From an uncultured Planctomycetota bacterium (GTDB taxonomy: Bacteria; Planctomycetota; Planctomycetia; Gemmatales; Gemmataceae): a stretch of DNA of 64,000 bases. The DNA lies in the NCBI GenBank assembly GCA_963849325.1, contig CAWKHF010000007.1:608001-672000 (forward strand), given 5' to 3'. Below are positions 11,355 through 22,900 of this stretch, piece after piece (positions within the stretch are counted from its first letter, which is position 1; the number at the start of each line of letters is the position of its first letter). The notes beneath the pieces are model-generated. The model did no database searches. It had not been told where the DNA came from and worked only from the letters and a program-made list of their open reading frames with translations. Made by a program: the position numbers and the translations under genes.

Positions 11355-14300
11355 ACGCCGCTGCCTTGGTAGAGGTGAAACGCCGCCGGATGGCGGCCCT
11401 GTCCATGCAGGTATTGCACGATCCGGCGGACCAGGCTGCCCTCGCGCTGAGCGGCGGTCTCGTCGAGATGATCGAGCGCCCCGTGCCACTGACTACGACG
11501 TGTCAGCGTGCCGGGATCGCCGAACAGGACCAGGCCGGACGCCGCCCGCGTCAGCGCCTGGGCGAGGACGTGCGGGTGATCGCCGTAGCTGACGGCGCGA
11601 TGCGTGTGGCTGCGCGTCAGGCCGACGAAAGCCAGCAGACATTCGCGCTGGCCGAACGCGGAGGGCAGTCCCACTTCGATGGGGAAGGGGCATTCGGCCA
11701 GGGCCGGAGTTTGGCGGATCAGGTGGCGGAGCAACTCGACCTGGGCGGGATAGAGGGCCATCACGGCCACGGCCGGGCCGGTCTCCGGGCGCGGGCAGCC
11801 GCACTCGGCCGACGACACGGCGCAGCCGTGCGCGCACGGCCAGGCGGGGCGCTGCCGCCAGCGCTCGCAGGCGGCGCGGAAGGCGCCGTCCCTCACCAGG
11901 GATTCGAGCCGCTTGAGCAGCGCTCGCGCTTCGAGATAGTTGACCAGCCCCTGACGCGGCAGGATCGCCCGCAGGTCGGCAGGCAGTTGCTCCAGCGGTC
12001 GATCGTCGGCCAGGTCCAGCTCCAGACCGGCGCCGCCCTTGACGGAACGCAGGCGCGGCGCGCGCACCGACACCACCGTCTGTCCGTGTCCGGTGTAGGC
12101 GTCGTGTACTTCGCCGCCGTTGCGGTGCGCGTCCGCCTCCCGGTGATGCCGCCCTTCTCCAGGCGACAGCGCCGGCACGGCGATAAATTCGATCGGCGCG
12201 ACGGCCGCCGCCACGTTCGCCGTCGTACACGCCGGTTCACAGACACCATCGAACAGCAGGTCCGACAGGAACCGGGCCAGCGGCGGCTCGAGACGATACG
12301 GCACCCGCAGCAGGACTGTGCGGCCGAGGTTGCGGAGTCCGAGACGTTCCCCGACCCACGACTCGGCTTTTTCGCGCGTCCAGCCGGCGACGCGGGCGAA
12401 TTGCAGACCGCACGTGTGCCAGAAGACAGAATCGTCGGAGACCGCTTCGCCCAACCCCGCGACGCGCGCGACCCGCTCGCGGACGCCCTCGGCCAACTCG
12501 ACCGTCACGGCGGCATCGTCGTTATCAGGAGCCAGGTCCAGGACCACCTCGTCGGCCGTTTCGCTCCAGTACAAAGCGCGGCCGCGCGTTTGCACGGCCA
12601 GTTCGTCGAGTTCCTGGAAGATGAACTGTTTGGCCTCACCGATGCTCGTGCAGGCGGGGAAGACGACCTCAAGGATTTGAGGGGCCTGGCGGGGAGTGGT
12701 GAGGATACGCAGCTCGATGTCCGGGCGATCGATAACCGGCTCGGACTCGATCGAATGAGGATGTTTGGCAGGGACCGGCCGCAGACGGCAGATGAGCCGG
12801 CCTTCGCGCTGCATCCACACGAAAGGCAGACGGTGCGGGTCGGCGTGCAAGTTCTGCCAGAGGCGCTGGAAGAAGCCGGGCCGAAGCACGGCGGGCGCGA
12901 CCAGCCGGCGCGGCGCTTGCGTCGGCTCGACGTCGGGCTGCGGTTCGCCGACCAGCACCCAGCGCCGCGCTCGCCGCGCGGCGGCGATGAACTCCGATTC
13001 CGTGACCTGATGCGCCTCTTCCAGGACCAGCAGGTCGAACTCCAGCGCCGGCGTCCCGTTGCGGGCGCCGAAATGAGCGTCGCCGGGAAGGGTCGTGGTC
13101 GTGGCCGCCACCACGTTGGCACAGCGGGCCAACTTCTCCGGCAAAGTGGGCAGTCCGTCCTCGACCACTTGCAGCCATTGCTCGACCGCCGCCGCTTGCT
13201 GCTCGTCCCGCTGGCGCTGCCTTTCCCACTCCGTCCGCGCGAAGTCCAACGCCGATCGGCTCATCTCCGCTGGGGCCGAATCCGGCGCCAGCTCCCGGCA
13301 GGCCGACCGCCACTGCTCCCGCAGAGCGTCTCGCTGACTGGAGACGGCGGCGATCTCGTTGTTCAACTCGGCCTGGCGGCGCAAGACCTCCGCCTCCTTC
13401 CGATGGCGGCACTCCTCCGCGTATCGGTCCTCGATCTCGGTGCGTTCGGCGAGCCGGGCGGCGATGTCCTGTTCGAGAAGGCCGCGTGCGGCCCGCAATT
13501 CGGCGCGGCGCGTCTCCAGATCGCGCGTCTGGTCGGCTAGGCCGCCGTGCGTCACGGCGCGCCACCACGCCCCGGTCCAGAAACGTCGCGCCTGCCGGGC
13601 CTCGGCCAACGGCCGAATCCGTTCCCATTCGTCTTCGAGATGGCCCTGCTTGGCCGCGATCATCTCCAACTCGGATCGCAGACCCGCCAACTCGGTGTCC
13701 AGACGTTGCCGCGTCTCCGACTGCCGTTCGTGGAACGGGGAGCCTGGATCTTCGTCAGCGTCCACTTCCGCGGCGAGGCCGCTTCGACGTTCGGTCAGGA
13801 TTCGCAAGCGCTCCGCCGTCCGTTCCTCTTGCTCGGAGAGGTCTTCCAGGCGCACCCACACGGATTGCTCGCGCAGCCGGGCGGCGACGGCCTGCCGGGC
13901 GGCATCCCGTGCCGCGCGGGCGGCGGGCAGCGTCTTCTCGCGGTACCAGCGTAGGCGCTCCGCCAGAGTGAAGCGGACAATGCCGGCGGGTAATGTCTCC
14001 AGAGATTCATCCGTGGACAGACAGCGGAGGGGGCAAAGGTCTGGGTTCGTCCCGAGTCGTTCCAGCACGCGATCGAGGGCAGCGGTGCTCGGGGCCAAAA
14101 AGAGGATGCGTTCGCCGCGCCGGGCCGCCTGCAAGAGGATTTCCGTGACGACGCGCGACTTGCCGGTGCCGGGGTAGCCCTGGAGGAGACAGACATCCGG
14201 TGTGGCGATGGCCCGCGCCACCGCGTCGCGCTGCGTGGCATCGAGTTCGCGGTCGAGACAATCCAGGACGGGTGGGTGCAGAGACCCCAACTCCTGGAAA

Positions 14301-14524
14301 GAGCCGCTGAGCAGGCCGGAGAGCGGGGTCGAACGCGGTGCGGCGGAAGCAGCGGGGACGGCCAGCTGGTGCGCGTAGAGGATGCCTTCGTAGACGGCCC
14401 GGTCCAGCGCCTCGCGCCGCTGGACGGGCGAGGCGAGGTGATACCATTCTCCCCACAGGGAGGCATCGCGGAGGGCGGGCTGCGCGGACCCTTCGTCCAG
14501 GGTATGCCGTTCCCGTTGCGTCAT
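11351..14524 (-). CDS. SF1 (Upf1/DNA2-like, AAA_11/AAA_12) helicase-like protein with long coiled-coil insert
   Basis: Q-motif DATQRDAV, Walker A QGYPGTGKS, NVVAAT, LVLEEAHQ, ALTRA. Confidence 0.8.
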   Translation of the reverse strand: MTQRERHTLDEGSAQPALRDASLWGEWYHLASPVQRREALDRAVYEGILYAHQLAVPAASAAPRSTPLSGLLSGSFQELGSLHPPVLDCLDRELDATQRDAVARAIATPDVCLLQGYPGTGKSRVVTEILLQAARRGERILFLAPSTAALDRVLERLGTNPDLCPLRCLSTDESLETLPAGIVRFTLAERLRWYREKTLPAARAARDAARQAVAARLREQSVWVRLEDLSEQEERTAERLRILTERRSGLAAEVDADEDPGSPFHERQSETRQRLDTELAGLRSELEMIAAKQGHLEDEWERIRPLAEARQARRFWTGAWWRAVTHGGLADQTRDLETRRAELRAARGLLEQDIAARLAERTEIEDRYAEECRHRKEAEVLRRQAELNNEIAAVSSQRDALREQWRSACRELAPDSAPAEMSRSALDFARTEWERQRQRDEQQAAAVEQWLQVVEDGLPTLPEKLARCANVVAATTTTLPGDAHFGARNGTPALEFDLLVLEEAHQVTESEFIAAARRARRWVLVGEPQPDVEPTQAPRRLVAPAVLRPGFFQRLWQNLHADPHRLPFVWMQREGRLICRLRPVPAKHPHSIESEPVIDRPDIELRILTTPRQAPQILEVVFPACTSIGEAKQFIFQELDELAVQTRGRALYWSETADEVVLDLAPDNDDAAVTVELAEGVRERVARVAGLGEAVSDDSVFWHTCGLQFARVAGWTREKAESWVGERLGLRNLGRTVLLRVPYRLEPPLARFLSDLLFDGVCEPACTTANVAAAVAPIEFIAVPALSPGEGRHHREADAHRNGGEVHDAYTGHGQTVVSVRAPRLRSVKGGAGLELDLADDRPLEQLPADLRAILPRQGLVNYLEARALLKRLESLVRDGAFRAACERWRQRPAWPCAHGCAVSSAECGCPRPETGPAVAVMALYPAQVELLRHLIRQTPALAECPFPIEVGLPSAFGQRECLLAFVGLTRSHTHRAVSYGDHPHVLAQALTRAASGLVLFGDPGTLTRRSQWHGALDHLDETAAQREGSLVRRIVQYLHGQGRHPAAFHLYQGSGV

Positions 14525-14984
14525 CGACTTCCTCAGGTGCAATCCGTCGGGTGGCCCCGTTCGCCGCCGCGGAACCCGGAGCGAACCCGTGCCCGGGCCA
14601 GCGCCGTCGCGCCGCCCCTCACGTCCAGCCGGGGACCGATCCATCTGTTCGATCGCCACCGCGGTTCACTGACTGTTATCATGCGATTTATTGCTCGATG
14701 CGCCTACTGATTTCCGGACGGCAGGACCGTTCGGGAGGGTCCGGCAGCGGGGCGACGACCAATCGACACCTCCCGCCGGAGGACAGGTCAAGCTCCGCCA
14801 AGACACTCGGAGGACAGAGGCCGCACCAAGGAGGTTCGCCTCCCGAGGGGAACGTCTCGTTCCGCTACGCTTGCGCCGGACGGAATTCCGACGCGATTCT
14901 CGACCGTCCGTAGTATAGACGGAGCAAGCCCGGCAAGCTATGGAAATGCCAGGTGTTTTCGTGGAAATTACTCCCTGGGATCGG

Positions 14985-16502
14985 CTATTCGCCCGCCTCG
15001 GTGCGGAGTACGGTGATAGTCATTCTCCCCAAGATGCGGTTGGCGGGCAAGAGCGGCGTCAGCGACTGCGTCTGATGCCAGGAATGATCGGCGATCTTGA
15101 CGTGGGCGGCGCTGACGCCGCCTCGGCCAAGCGTGGCATCCAGTCCCAGCCATTGGCCGTCGATCCGGACCTCGGTCCACATGTGGAAACCCATCATCGG
15201 ACGCCGGCCTTTCTCGACGTAGAGCAGTCCGATGGCGGTGCGCGCCGGCACGCCCTCGGCCCGGCACAGGGCCGCCGTCAGCAGAGCGTATTGACGGCAA
15301 TCCCCACGCAGCTGACTGGCCACGTCGCTCGCCGGTCCCAGGGCGACGGCATTGTCCGGCCGCATGCTCTGCTTGACCCAGCGTTCGATACGGCGCGCCT
15401 TCGTCCACGAATCCGTTTCCGTACCGACCGCTCGACGGGCCAGGTCCTTCACGTGCGGATCGTCGCAGTTGATGAAGGGACAGGATTCCAGATATTCCGC
15501 CGGGGCCGTCTCGGTGTTGCGGCGTTCCGGCCGGCGCGGCGGATGAACGTGCAGCTCGAACGTATCGCCCCGGAGGTTGCGGATTTCCTGATGGTCGTCG
15601 CGGGCCAGGGCCGAACCCGGATCGTCAACGCCGCGCAGGGTGACGCGGTAGACGACGGAGCGCGTGGCATAGGGGTTTGCCAGGGGGCGGTCAAGCGGGA
15701 TCAGTGTTTTCAGGCCGATGTCGGCGACTCGGCCCGGTGTCGCCGGAGCCGTCGCCGCCGCGCGGCGGGTGCGCGTCAGAACAACCGTGCCCAGGCCGTC
15801 CAGCTCGAACTGCCGACGAATCGGAGTGAAATGATCGTCCAGCCACCACACCACCGCCGGCGGCTTCACCGTGACCCCCGGCGCCTCGATCCGATCCGCC
15901 GTCATCTCGACGCGCAGCAACTTGCCGGCGCCGGCCGGAGATGCTACCTCTTCGCGCTCTTTGACGGCGACGCGGATGGTGAGGACGGTGTTGTAGGTCG
16001 GTTCGTAGCGGAGCAGCGTGAAGCGATCGCCCGGCTTCGGCCGGCGCTGCGCAAAGAGATGTTCCATTCGATACAGGCCGACCACGTCGTCGTTCCAGCC
16101 GATGCGGCGATCGATTCGTCCATTATCGACGCGGACGTGCAGGCGGCCGTCCTCGACGGTGCCGGTGAGCACGAGTTGACGTCCTCCGTCCTGTCCCTGG
16201 CGCAGGAATACGCCGACCACCTTGCCTTCCGGTGTCTCTTCGGTACCGTGCTCTCGGCGCAGGTGCAGCAGGGCGTTGTAGCGCTTGAAGGTCAGATCCA
16301 GCTCGACGGTGGCACGGAGGCGCTCGCCGTCGTCCACCTTGCGGATGCTGAGGTGCTGAAAGCCGACCCGCGTACCCTCGACGTGCGCGCTCTCCCAGAT
16401 CTCCTCGACCAAACTAGCCGGCGCATCCGCTCGCAAGAGCGCGGCCGGCCCGATCGTCAGACCCATCCCGACAAGCAGCGCCGCCCGCACGGTGATCGTC
16501 AT
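14985..16502 (-). CDS. Secreted transglutaminase-like domain protein
   Basis: Signal peptide; GDCRQYA (Cys), FHMWTEV (His), LDAT (Asp) triad. Confidence 0.85.
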   Translation of the reverse strand: MTITVRAALLVGMGLTIGPAALLRADAPASLVEEIWESAHVEGTRVGFQHLSIRKVDDGERLRATVELDLTFKRYNALLHLRREHGTEETPEGKVVGVFLRQGQDGGRQLVLTGTVEDGRLHVRVDNGRIDRRIGWNDDVVGLYRMEHLFAQRRPKPGDRFTLLRYEPTYNTVLTIRVAVKEREEVASPAGAGKLLRVEMTADRIEAPGVTVKPPAVVWWLDDHFTPIRRQFELDGLGTVVLTRTRRAAATAPATPGRVADIGLKTLIPLDRPLANPYATRSVVYRVTLRGVDDPGSALARDDHQEIRNLRGDTFELHVHPPRRPERRNTETAPAEYLESCPFINCDDPHVKDLARRAVGTETDSWTKARRIERWVKQSMRPDNAVALGPASDVASQLRGDCRQYALLTAALCRAEGVPARTAIGLLYVEKGRRPMMGFHMWTEVRIDGQWLGLDATLGRGGVSAAHVKIADHSWHQTQSLTPLLPANRILGRMTITVLRTEAGE

Positions 16503-16771
16503 GCGCCTCTTCTCCGTGGTGCCCTTCGTCCCGCCGAACGTTCCCTGGTCATCATAACCGCCATCATCGCGGGACCAACGCCAAGAACGTCGGAAGAGAC
16601 ACGGCCAGGGACATCGGTGTTCCGTCTGCGCGGAAGAAGCGGAGAATTCGCGCGGCGTGTTGGCTCCGGCGGAAATCGCATTCTATAGTTCAGCAGGCGA
16701 ACGCGATCCCCGCGGCCCGATGCGACGACGACGACAGCTCCCCTTTCTCCCTTTCCGAGCAAGGTGCAGAC

Positions 16772-17398
16772 GTGAGTTCCGAGAAATTGACCGCCCATTT
16801 GCGGGTGGATCGGTATGGGGATTTCCAGCTGACCGACGCCATTCGGCCGGCGCTGCACGTGCCGGTTGTGCCTCGGCAGGGTTTCCGCGTTGACGTCTAC
16901 CGCGACGCACGGGCCGGCCTGCGCGTGCCGGTGCTGGCCGCGGCCATCTCACGCGAACAGCTCTTCGACGTCTTTCTGGCGCTGCTGGCGCCCTTGGGCG
17001 ATGCGGTGGACGTGGTGCTGGAGACCAGCCATCACAGCGACGGCACCGGCCACAAGGATCTGTACCGCGAGCACATCGATCTGCCGGTGTTGATGAGCTA
17101 CTTCTGCGATTACGAAGAACTGCTACTCAACGACGGATGCACTGGCGCGGCGGTCATCGCGCGGAGTGGGCCGATGGAAGTGCAGTTCGACGAGCACAAA
17201 CTGTTGGTCGTCTACGCCCGCGACCTCGCTCCCTTCGAGCGCATCCTGCACGACTTCGGCATCGCCCGCAACGACGCCCTCCAGCTCATCACGGAGGGCG
17301 AGCACTTGCACAGCACCGATCCGCTGCACCTGGATCAATTCGAGCAGCTGTGCTGCCGCCTGGGCATCGGCGAACCGGCCGAACACGTCAACTGGTGA
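16772..17398 (+). CDS. Conserved hypothetical protein
   Basis: 208-aa ORF with GC3-biased codons; start codon uncertain. Confidence 0.65.
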   Translation: MSSEKLTAHLRVDRYGDFQLTDAIRPALHVPVVPRQGFRVDVYRDARAGLRVPVLAAAISREQLFDVFLALLAPLGDAVDVVLETSHHSDGTGHKDLYREHIDLPVLMSYFCDYEELLLNDGCTGAAVIARSGPMEVQFDEHKLLVVYARDLAPFERILHDFGIARNDALQLITEGEHLHSTDPLHLDQFEQLCCRLGIGEPAEHVNW

Positions 17399-17407
17399 GA
17401 GAAGACC

Positions 17408-17556
17408 AAGACATTCACCACGGAAAACACGGAAGACACGGAAAAGAAAGACAGACGAAATAAGGGAATGCCCGGAGAGGTGCCTGGGTTCGACCTATTC
17501 TCTTCTGTTTTTGTCTTTTTTTCCGTGTCTTCCGTGTTTTCCGTGGTGAATGTCTT
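17408..17556. repeat. Long inverted repeat built from CACGGAA units (family B) between convergent genes
   Basis: AAGACATTCACCACGGAAAACACGGAAGACACGGAAAA and its reverse complement. Confidence 0.85.
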
Positions 17557-17565
17557 TGTTTTGCT

Positions 17566-18912
17566 TCAGGGTAGAGGTAGATCCTTGAACTCGAAGCGGA
17601 CCAGGTGTTGCATCGTCCTCCAACTCTGGAAGACGAACTTGCTCGGCGGGCCGACCTTGGCGTTGCCCTGCGCCCCATAGGTGAGCGTCATCTGCACGTT
17701 GTTCGGCGAGCTATTGCCCCAGCTGGAGCCGAACACCCCATACTTGTTACCCTTGTCGTCCTGCAATTCGATGCGCTGGAACAGCGTGTTCATCCACGTC
17801 CAGTCGTTGGGATTGTCCTTGTTGTCCTCGGTGACGGTCAGCTTGACCTGGTACTGCTTGTTGGCCAAGGCGGTGACGTCCTCGAAATGGAAGGTGGTGC
17901 TGCCGACGGTGTTCTTCTTGCCCTTGGCCTTGAGGATGTTGTCGGCGACGACCACCGGCTTCTGCTCGACGAGCAAGGTGACGGGGAGGACGCCACGGAC
18001 CAGCTTGACACGGTTGGCCCGCTCGGAGCGGCGGTGGAGGTTGAGCTGGCCCTGCTGCATGTACGAGCGGTTGCCGTTGCCGTAACGGCTGATGAAACGG
18101 TGTCCCCCGAAATTACCACCCGGGAGCATCCCTCCCGCGTTGGCGCCCATGGGGATGGGCAGGAGCATCGAGTTTTTATCGTTGTCGTAAGCGGCGGTCA
18201 GGCGCGCCTCGCCAATGCCCAGCAGTGGGATGCGCGGTTCGGAGAACAACAGAAAGCTCAGGGTCAGGCTCTCATTACGCTGCGGCTGCGCTGCGCCGCC
18301 GACCAGCCCGAAATCCAGGTGGCGATACATCTGGAAGCCGGTGGGCACGAAGCGGAAGGCGCCCTCGTACTGGACGTGCGGCGTATGGCCGCCCTGGTTC
18401 TGCAAGATGATGCGCTCGTCGCCGTAGCTGTGCTGGAGCACCAGGTTGGCCTCGCGGCAGATACGGTCCAGCGCCTGCCAGAAGGTAACATCCTCGAACT
18501 CGAAGCGGTACGTCTGCTGGGTCTTGTCCGGGGTGGTCCAGAACTCGATCTTGTAGCCGGTCTGTTTCGTTATCTCGTCGAAGATGGAACGGAGGGGCTG
18601 ATCGCTCTTTTTCAAGGTGACGCGCCGAGGGGAGACGAAGTCGGCGATTTCGAGTTGCGGGATGAGATCGTGGGCGCGACGGCGGATCTCGGCGTCGGGA
18701 TGGCCGAGCGCCTTTTTCAGGACGGGCAGGGCCTTGGCGCCCTCGGCTTCGAGCAGCCGCGCCGCCTCGTCGCGCTGGCGGTAATCGCTGTCGCCGAGTT
18801 GCTCGACGAGCCGTTCGAGCCGCGGCGCCGCCGGCGCGGCGGGAGGCGCGGCGGTCGCCTGCGCATTCAGGCCAAGACTCAGCACGGCGGTCAACAACAG
18901 GAGCTTCGGCAC
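17566..18912 (-). CDS. Secreted hypothetical protein with N-terminal HEAT-like repeat
   Basis: GAGGAGG RBS + GTG; signal peptide; LVEQLGDSDYRQRDEAA...DAEIRRRA. Confidence 0.75.
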   Translation of the reverse strand: MPKLLLLTAVLSLGLNAQATAAPPAAPAAPRLERLVEQLGDSDYRQRDEAARLLEAEGAKALPVLKKALGHPDAEIRRRAHDLIPQLEIADFVSPRRVTLKKSDQPLRSIFDEITKQTGYKIEFWTTPDKTQQTYRFEFEDVTFWQALDRICREANLVLQHSYGDERIILQNQGGHTPHVQYEGAFRFVPTGFQMYRHLDFGLVGGAAQPQRNESLTLSFLLFSEPRIPLLGIGEARLTAAYDNDKNSMLLPIPMGANAGGMLPGGNFGGHRFISRYGNGNRSYMQQGQLNLHRRSERANRVKLVRGVLPVTLLVEQKPVVVADNILKAKGKKNTVGSTTFHFEDVTALANKQYQVKLTVTEDNKDNPNDWTWMNTLFQRIELQDDKGNKYGVFGSSWGNSSPNNVQMTLTYGAQGNAKVGPPSKFVFQSWRTMQHLVRFEFKDLPLP

Positions 18913-19137
18913 GGGCGTAACCTCCTCAATCAATGAAGACGGCCCCATTCGGATCGTGCTGTGAATGATACCCCGCCCGGCCGCTGTCCGGCAAGGAAAA
19001 CCTTGTCCGCGCCGGCGGGGAGTTCATTATCCTGTTCTCCGAGGCGAAAAGACGGAGATAGGAAAAATCGTTGACCGGGGCGAGCATCGGAGGTACAAAC
19101 AAACCATCCACTCGGCTTGTGGTGGAGGAGGTTCCTC

Positions 19138-19957
19138 ATGATGGCCTGCACTCGTTCGCGCGTTGGTTTGCTGGCGTTGCTGATCGTCCTGGGTGGGCTG
19201 ATGTTGGCCGTGGTGCCACGCCCGCAAGCCGCGCCGCTGCCCGACAAGGCGCGCCAGGAGACGTCCGCTCCCCGCGTCTACGCTCTCTTGGATGTCGGCA
19301 CGGGAAGGAAAGGGTTCACGAACGATCTCTTCCCCGAAGACACTCACCGCCAAATGGAACGAAGGTCCTTTAAGAGTAGCACCCTCCGCCAAGAGGATTC
19401 TACGCAGGGCTGGAATTCAAATTCGTCCGCCGTTCAGTGACGCGAACTTCGCTCTTCTCGGAGCCCTTCGCGATCCCAAGGTTGTCAACCTGCAACTGGA
19501 GAAGAAGCACTCGGACGCGCGTGACTGGATGGATCGGAACCTCCGTTCCGAGTACATCGGCAAGACCTCCGTGCTGCGCATCTGGCTGGCGGATGGCTCT
19601 CCCCATGAGCAGGTCGGCCTCCTCAATGCTCTCCTCCGTGCCCATCTCCATCACGGGATCGAACTGGAACGGGCAATATTCACAAGAAGGCTGGATGAAT
19701 TGAGAGTTAATTACTCTGAAAGTATCTCTTTGATGCAGAGGCGAGAAGCCGAGCTACTCGAGTTGAACAAGGTCGTGTCGCACGACGAGGACGAGCAGCG
19801 GGATCTTGAGTTCCGGCGTTCCCAGTTGAGAGATAGTCTTGCTGCCAGGAGGGAAGCGGTGCGGCATGTCCAACTCCGCATTGAAGAATGCCAGGACCGC
19901 ATCCGCTCCCTGCCTCATGTGCTGAGATGGGCGAAAAAGCCAGGGCCGGCGGAATAA
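19138..19957 (+). CDS. Hypothetical exported protein resembling the periplasmic/coiled-coil part of Wzz/Wzc chain-length proteins; frameshifted
   Basis: GGAGGAGG RBS; signal; ALRDPKV..WMDRNL..VLRIWL..LLNAL followed by a coiled coil. Confidence 0.45.
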
Positions 19958-19998
19958 TTAGCCGGCCCGTTGTGGCCGCGTGCCTTCGCCCGGTGCCT

Positions 19999-22900
19999 TC
20001 AAGACTCTGGTGTAATCAACTTTAGGATGCCTTTTTCCCAAGAGTTGTTATCGATCCATATACTTGGACGAGTATCCGGAATCTCCAAGGAGTAGTCGCT
20101 GTTGGTCCCGGGGCTGAACAAGATCGACCATTGCTTGCCCAAGGCGAGCTTGTCTACATTATCGACAATCACCTTGAGGGTGGCTCCCTTCAGAAATTGC
20201 AGCGGCCCTGCCCCTACAACTTCCAAGAACGTCGGATTCTCCCGAGGCATTACCATTGATCTTGGCATCATATTCTCCCCCCATGACAAGGTTCCCTCTA
20301 ATCGTCAGCCAGCCGTAGCCGGCGCCTTGACCCAGTACGATACTTCCTCCGTAGATCGTACCTTTACTCCCGACATTCAATTCGTTCACGAGTTGATCAT
20401 CCGTCGTCAGCTTCCCGCCCTCCTGGCTATAGTTGTCATTGAGATAGAGAACGACATGACCTTCCAGTTCTAGAGAGCCACCCGTCATGTCGAAGCTCGT
20501 GTTTCTGGTCAAGCCGTTCAGACCCTTGATGTTGAGCTGAGCTTCCGGTTGTTTGTTGCCAACGCCACCGCCATTGACGACGAACTTGCCCGAGTTGGAG
20601 ACGGGAATTTGGATCGTGGTCGTCGCGCCAGGTGCCCCCGTATAAACCACCGTTCCCATGTTGTTTAGTAACCCGCCGTCCCTATAGTCCGCAGTGATGA
20701 GCGTCGCGCCGTCGCCGCTACCGTCCAATTTCAGGGTGCTGGCCGGGGAAACGATTATGCTGGCGGAACCGTCGAGCTGGAGCGGCTTACCGGTGGCGAT
20801 GGCCAAAGTGCCCCCATAGACAAGGTCGAATTCGGTCGTACTCATCATGCTGTAATTGCCCCCGATGTTCATCGAGGCCGCATCCTCGATCCCGAATCCT
20901 CCTTGGCCGGAGAAGTTGAAGTTGGTGAGCTTGCTGGCGCCGCTCTGCACGGCCAGGATGGAGGTATTGGCCGCGAAGTTCACGTTCAGGGTGGATTTCG
21001 CGTCCTCAATGATGGAGCCGGTATCGGTCACTTCCATACCAGCGTTAATCGTCATCTGTGCCGTGTAGCCGTTTTGCAGAGTGATTGACGTCGGGGAAAT
21101 GTTTTTGTCCCACTGGATGGCCTGGTTGGTCGCGTTGGCCTCGCCGTCGAAGACGGCAGGCTTACCGTTCGGCACCACGCCCCCCGTCCAGTTATTGGGG
21201 TTGCTCGCTAAGTTGTTCACGCCGGCCGGCTTCCAGATATTCTGCCCCGGCGGCGGCGGCGGAGGGGCCGCCAGGACGTTCAACACGGCGAACACCGGCT
21301 GGGAGTTCTCCGCGCCATCGCTGTCCTGATACTCGAAACTGTCCGTGCCCGTGTAGCCGGTGTTGGGCGTGTAGGTGAACGAACCGTCGGGGTTCAGTTG
21401 CAGCGTGCCATCGCTGGGACCGCTGACTAGGCTCGCCGTGAGTTGATCGCCGTCGGCGTCCGTGTCGTTGGCCAGGACGCCCGCGAAGGCGTTCACGGTC
21501 AAAGGCGTGTTCTCGGTTACGTCGTAATTGTCGGCGTTGGCCACCGGCGCATTGTCCGTCACATTGATCGAGACCGTGGCCGGGCTCGACGTTGCGCGCC
21601 GTCGCTGGCCTGGTACTGGAAACTATCACTGCCGACGTAACCCTGGTTGGGGACGTAGGTGAACGAGCCATCGGGGTTGAGGCTCAGCGTGCCGTGGCTG
21701 GTCCCACTGCCGACCAGGCTGGCCGTCAACGGATCGCCATCGCTGTCGCCGGCATAGCTGAGCACGCCCTGCGCCGCATTCACGCTGAGCAACTGATCGT
21801 GGAGCGTACTGTAGTTGGCGTTACTGGCGGTCGGGGGATTGTCGCTGTCATGCACGTTGAGCGTCACCGTGGCCGTGTTGGAGTATTCGGCGCCGTCGAA
21901 AGCGGTGTAGGTGAAACTGTCCGTGCCGGTGAAGCCGCTGGCGGCCGTGTAGGTGAACGAGCCGTCGCTGTTCAGTTGCAGCGTGCCGTTGCTGGGACCG
22001 CTGACCAGGTTGGCCGTCAAGGTGTCCTCGTCGGCATCGCTGGCGTTGGCGAGCACGCCTTCGGCCGCCGTGACGTTGACCGTCGTGTTGGCGGGGATGC
22101 CGTAGCTCAGGTCGGACACCACTGGCGCCGAGTCGGTGACGACGATGCTCACCAAGATCGGGTCGCTGCTGAGGCCGCCATCGTTGGCCGTGTAGAGGAA
22201 ACTATCGCCGCCGACGTAGCCGGCGTTGGGCGTGTAGGTGAACGAGCCATCGCCATTCAGTTGCAGCGTGCCGTAGCGGGGACCGCTGACCAGGCTGGCC
22301 GTCAGTGTCCCGCCGTCGCTGTCGCTGTCATTGGCGAGTACGCCGGTGGAGGCATCCACGCTGAGCACGCGGTCATGCACGACGTTGTAGCTGTCCGGAA
22401 CCGCCGTCACGGTCGGCGTGGGCGTGGGCGTGGGCGTCGGTGTGGGCGTCGGTGTCGGTGTGGGCGTCGGCGTTGGCGTTGGCGTAGGGGTTGGAGTGGG
22501 TGTGGGTGTCGGTGTCGGCGTCGGACCACCGTTGGTCGGATAGGTGGGGCCGCCATTGGTCGGATAGGTGGGACCGCCGTTGGTCGGATAGGTGGGACCG
22601 CCATTGGTCGGATAGGTGGGTCCGCCGTTGGTCGGATAGGTGGGGCCGCCGTTGGTCGGATAGGTGGGACCGCCATTGGTAGGATAGGTGGGGCCGCCGT
22701 TGGTCGGATAGGTGGGACCGCCATTGGTAGGATTGGTGGGTCCGCCGTTGGTCGGATAGGTGGGGCCGCCGTTGGTAGGATTGGTGGGGCCGCCACCCTT
22801 CGTAGGACTGACGGGGCCGCCGCCGTTGGTAGGACTGACGGGGCCGCCGCTGCTGGTCGTACTGCCACCACCGCCGCTGCCGCTCGTAGGGCTGACGGGG

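Noticed and set aside
11159-13540. 793-aa plus-strand ORF (and similar long antisense ORFs such as 14940-16688, 21592-23562, 28154-29770, 61416-63284)
   Set aside because: Shadow ORFs opposite real GC-rich genes, with no recognisable motifs.
22525-22788. 24-nt array as CRISPR or ncRNA
   Set aside because: No spacers, and third-position variation shows it is coding.
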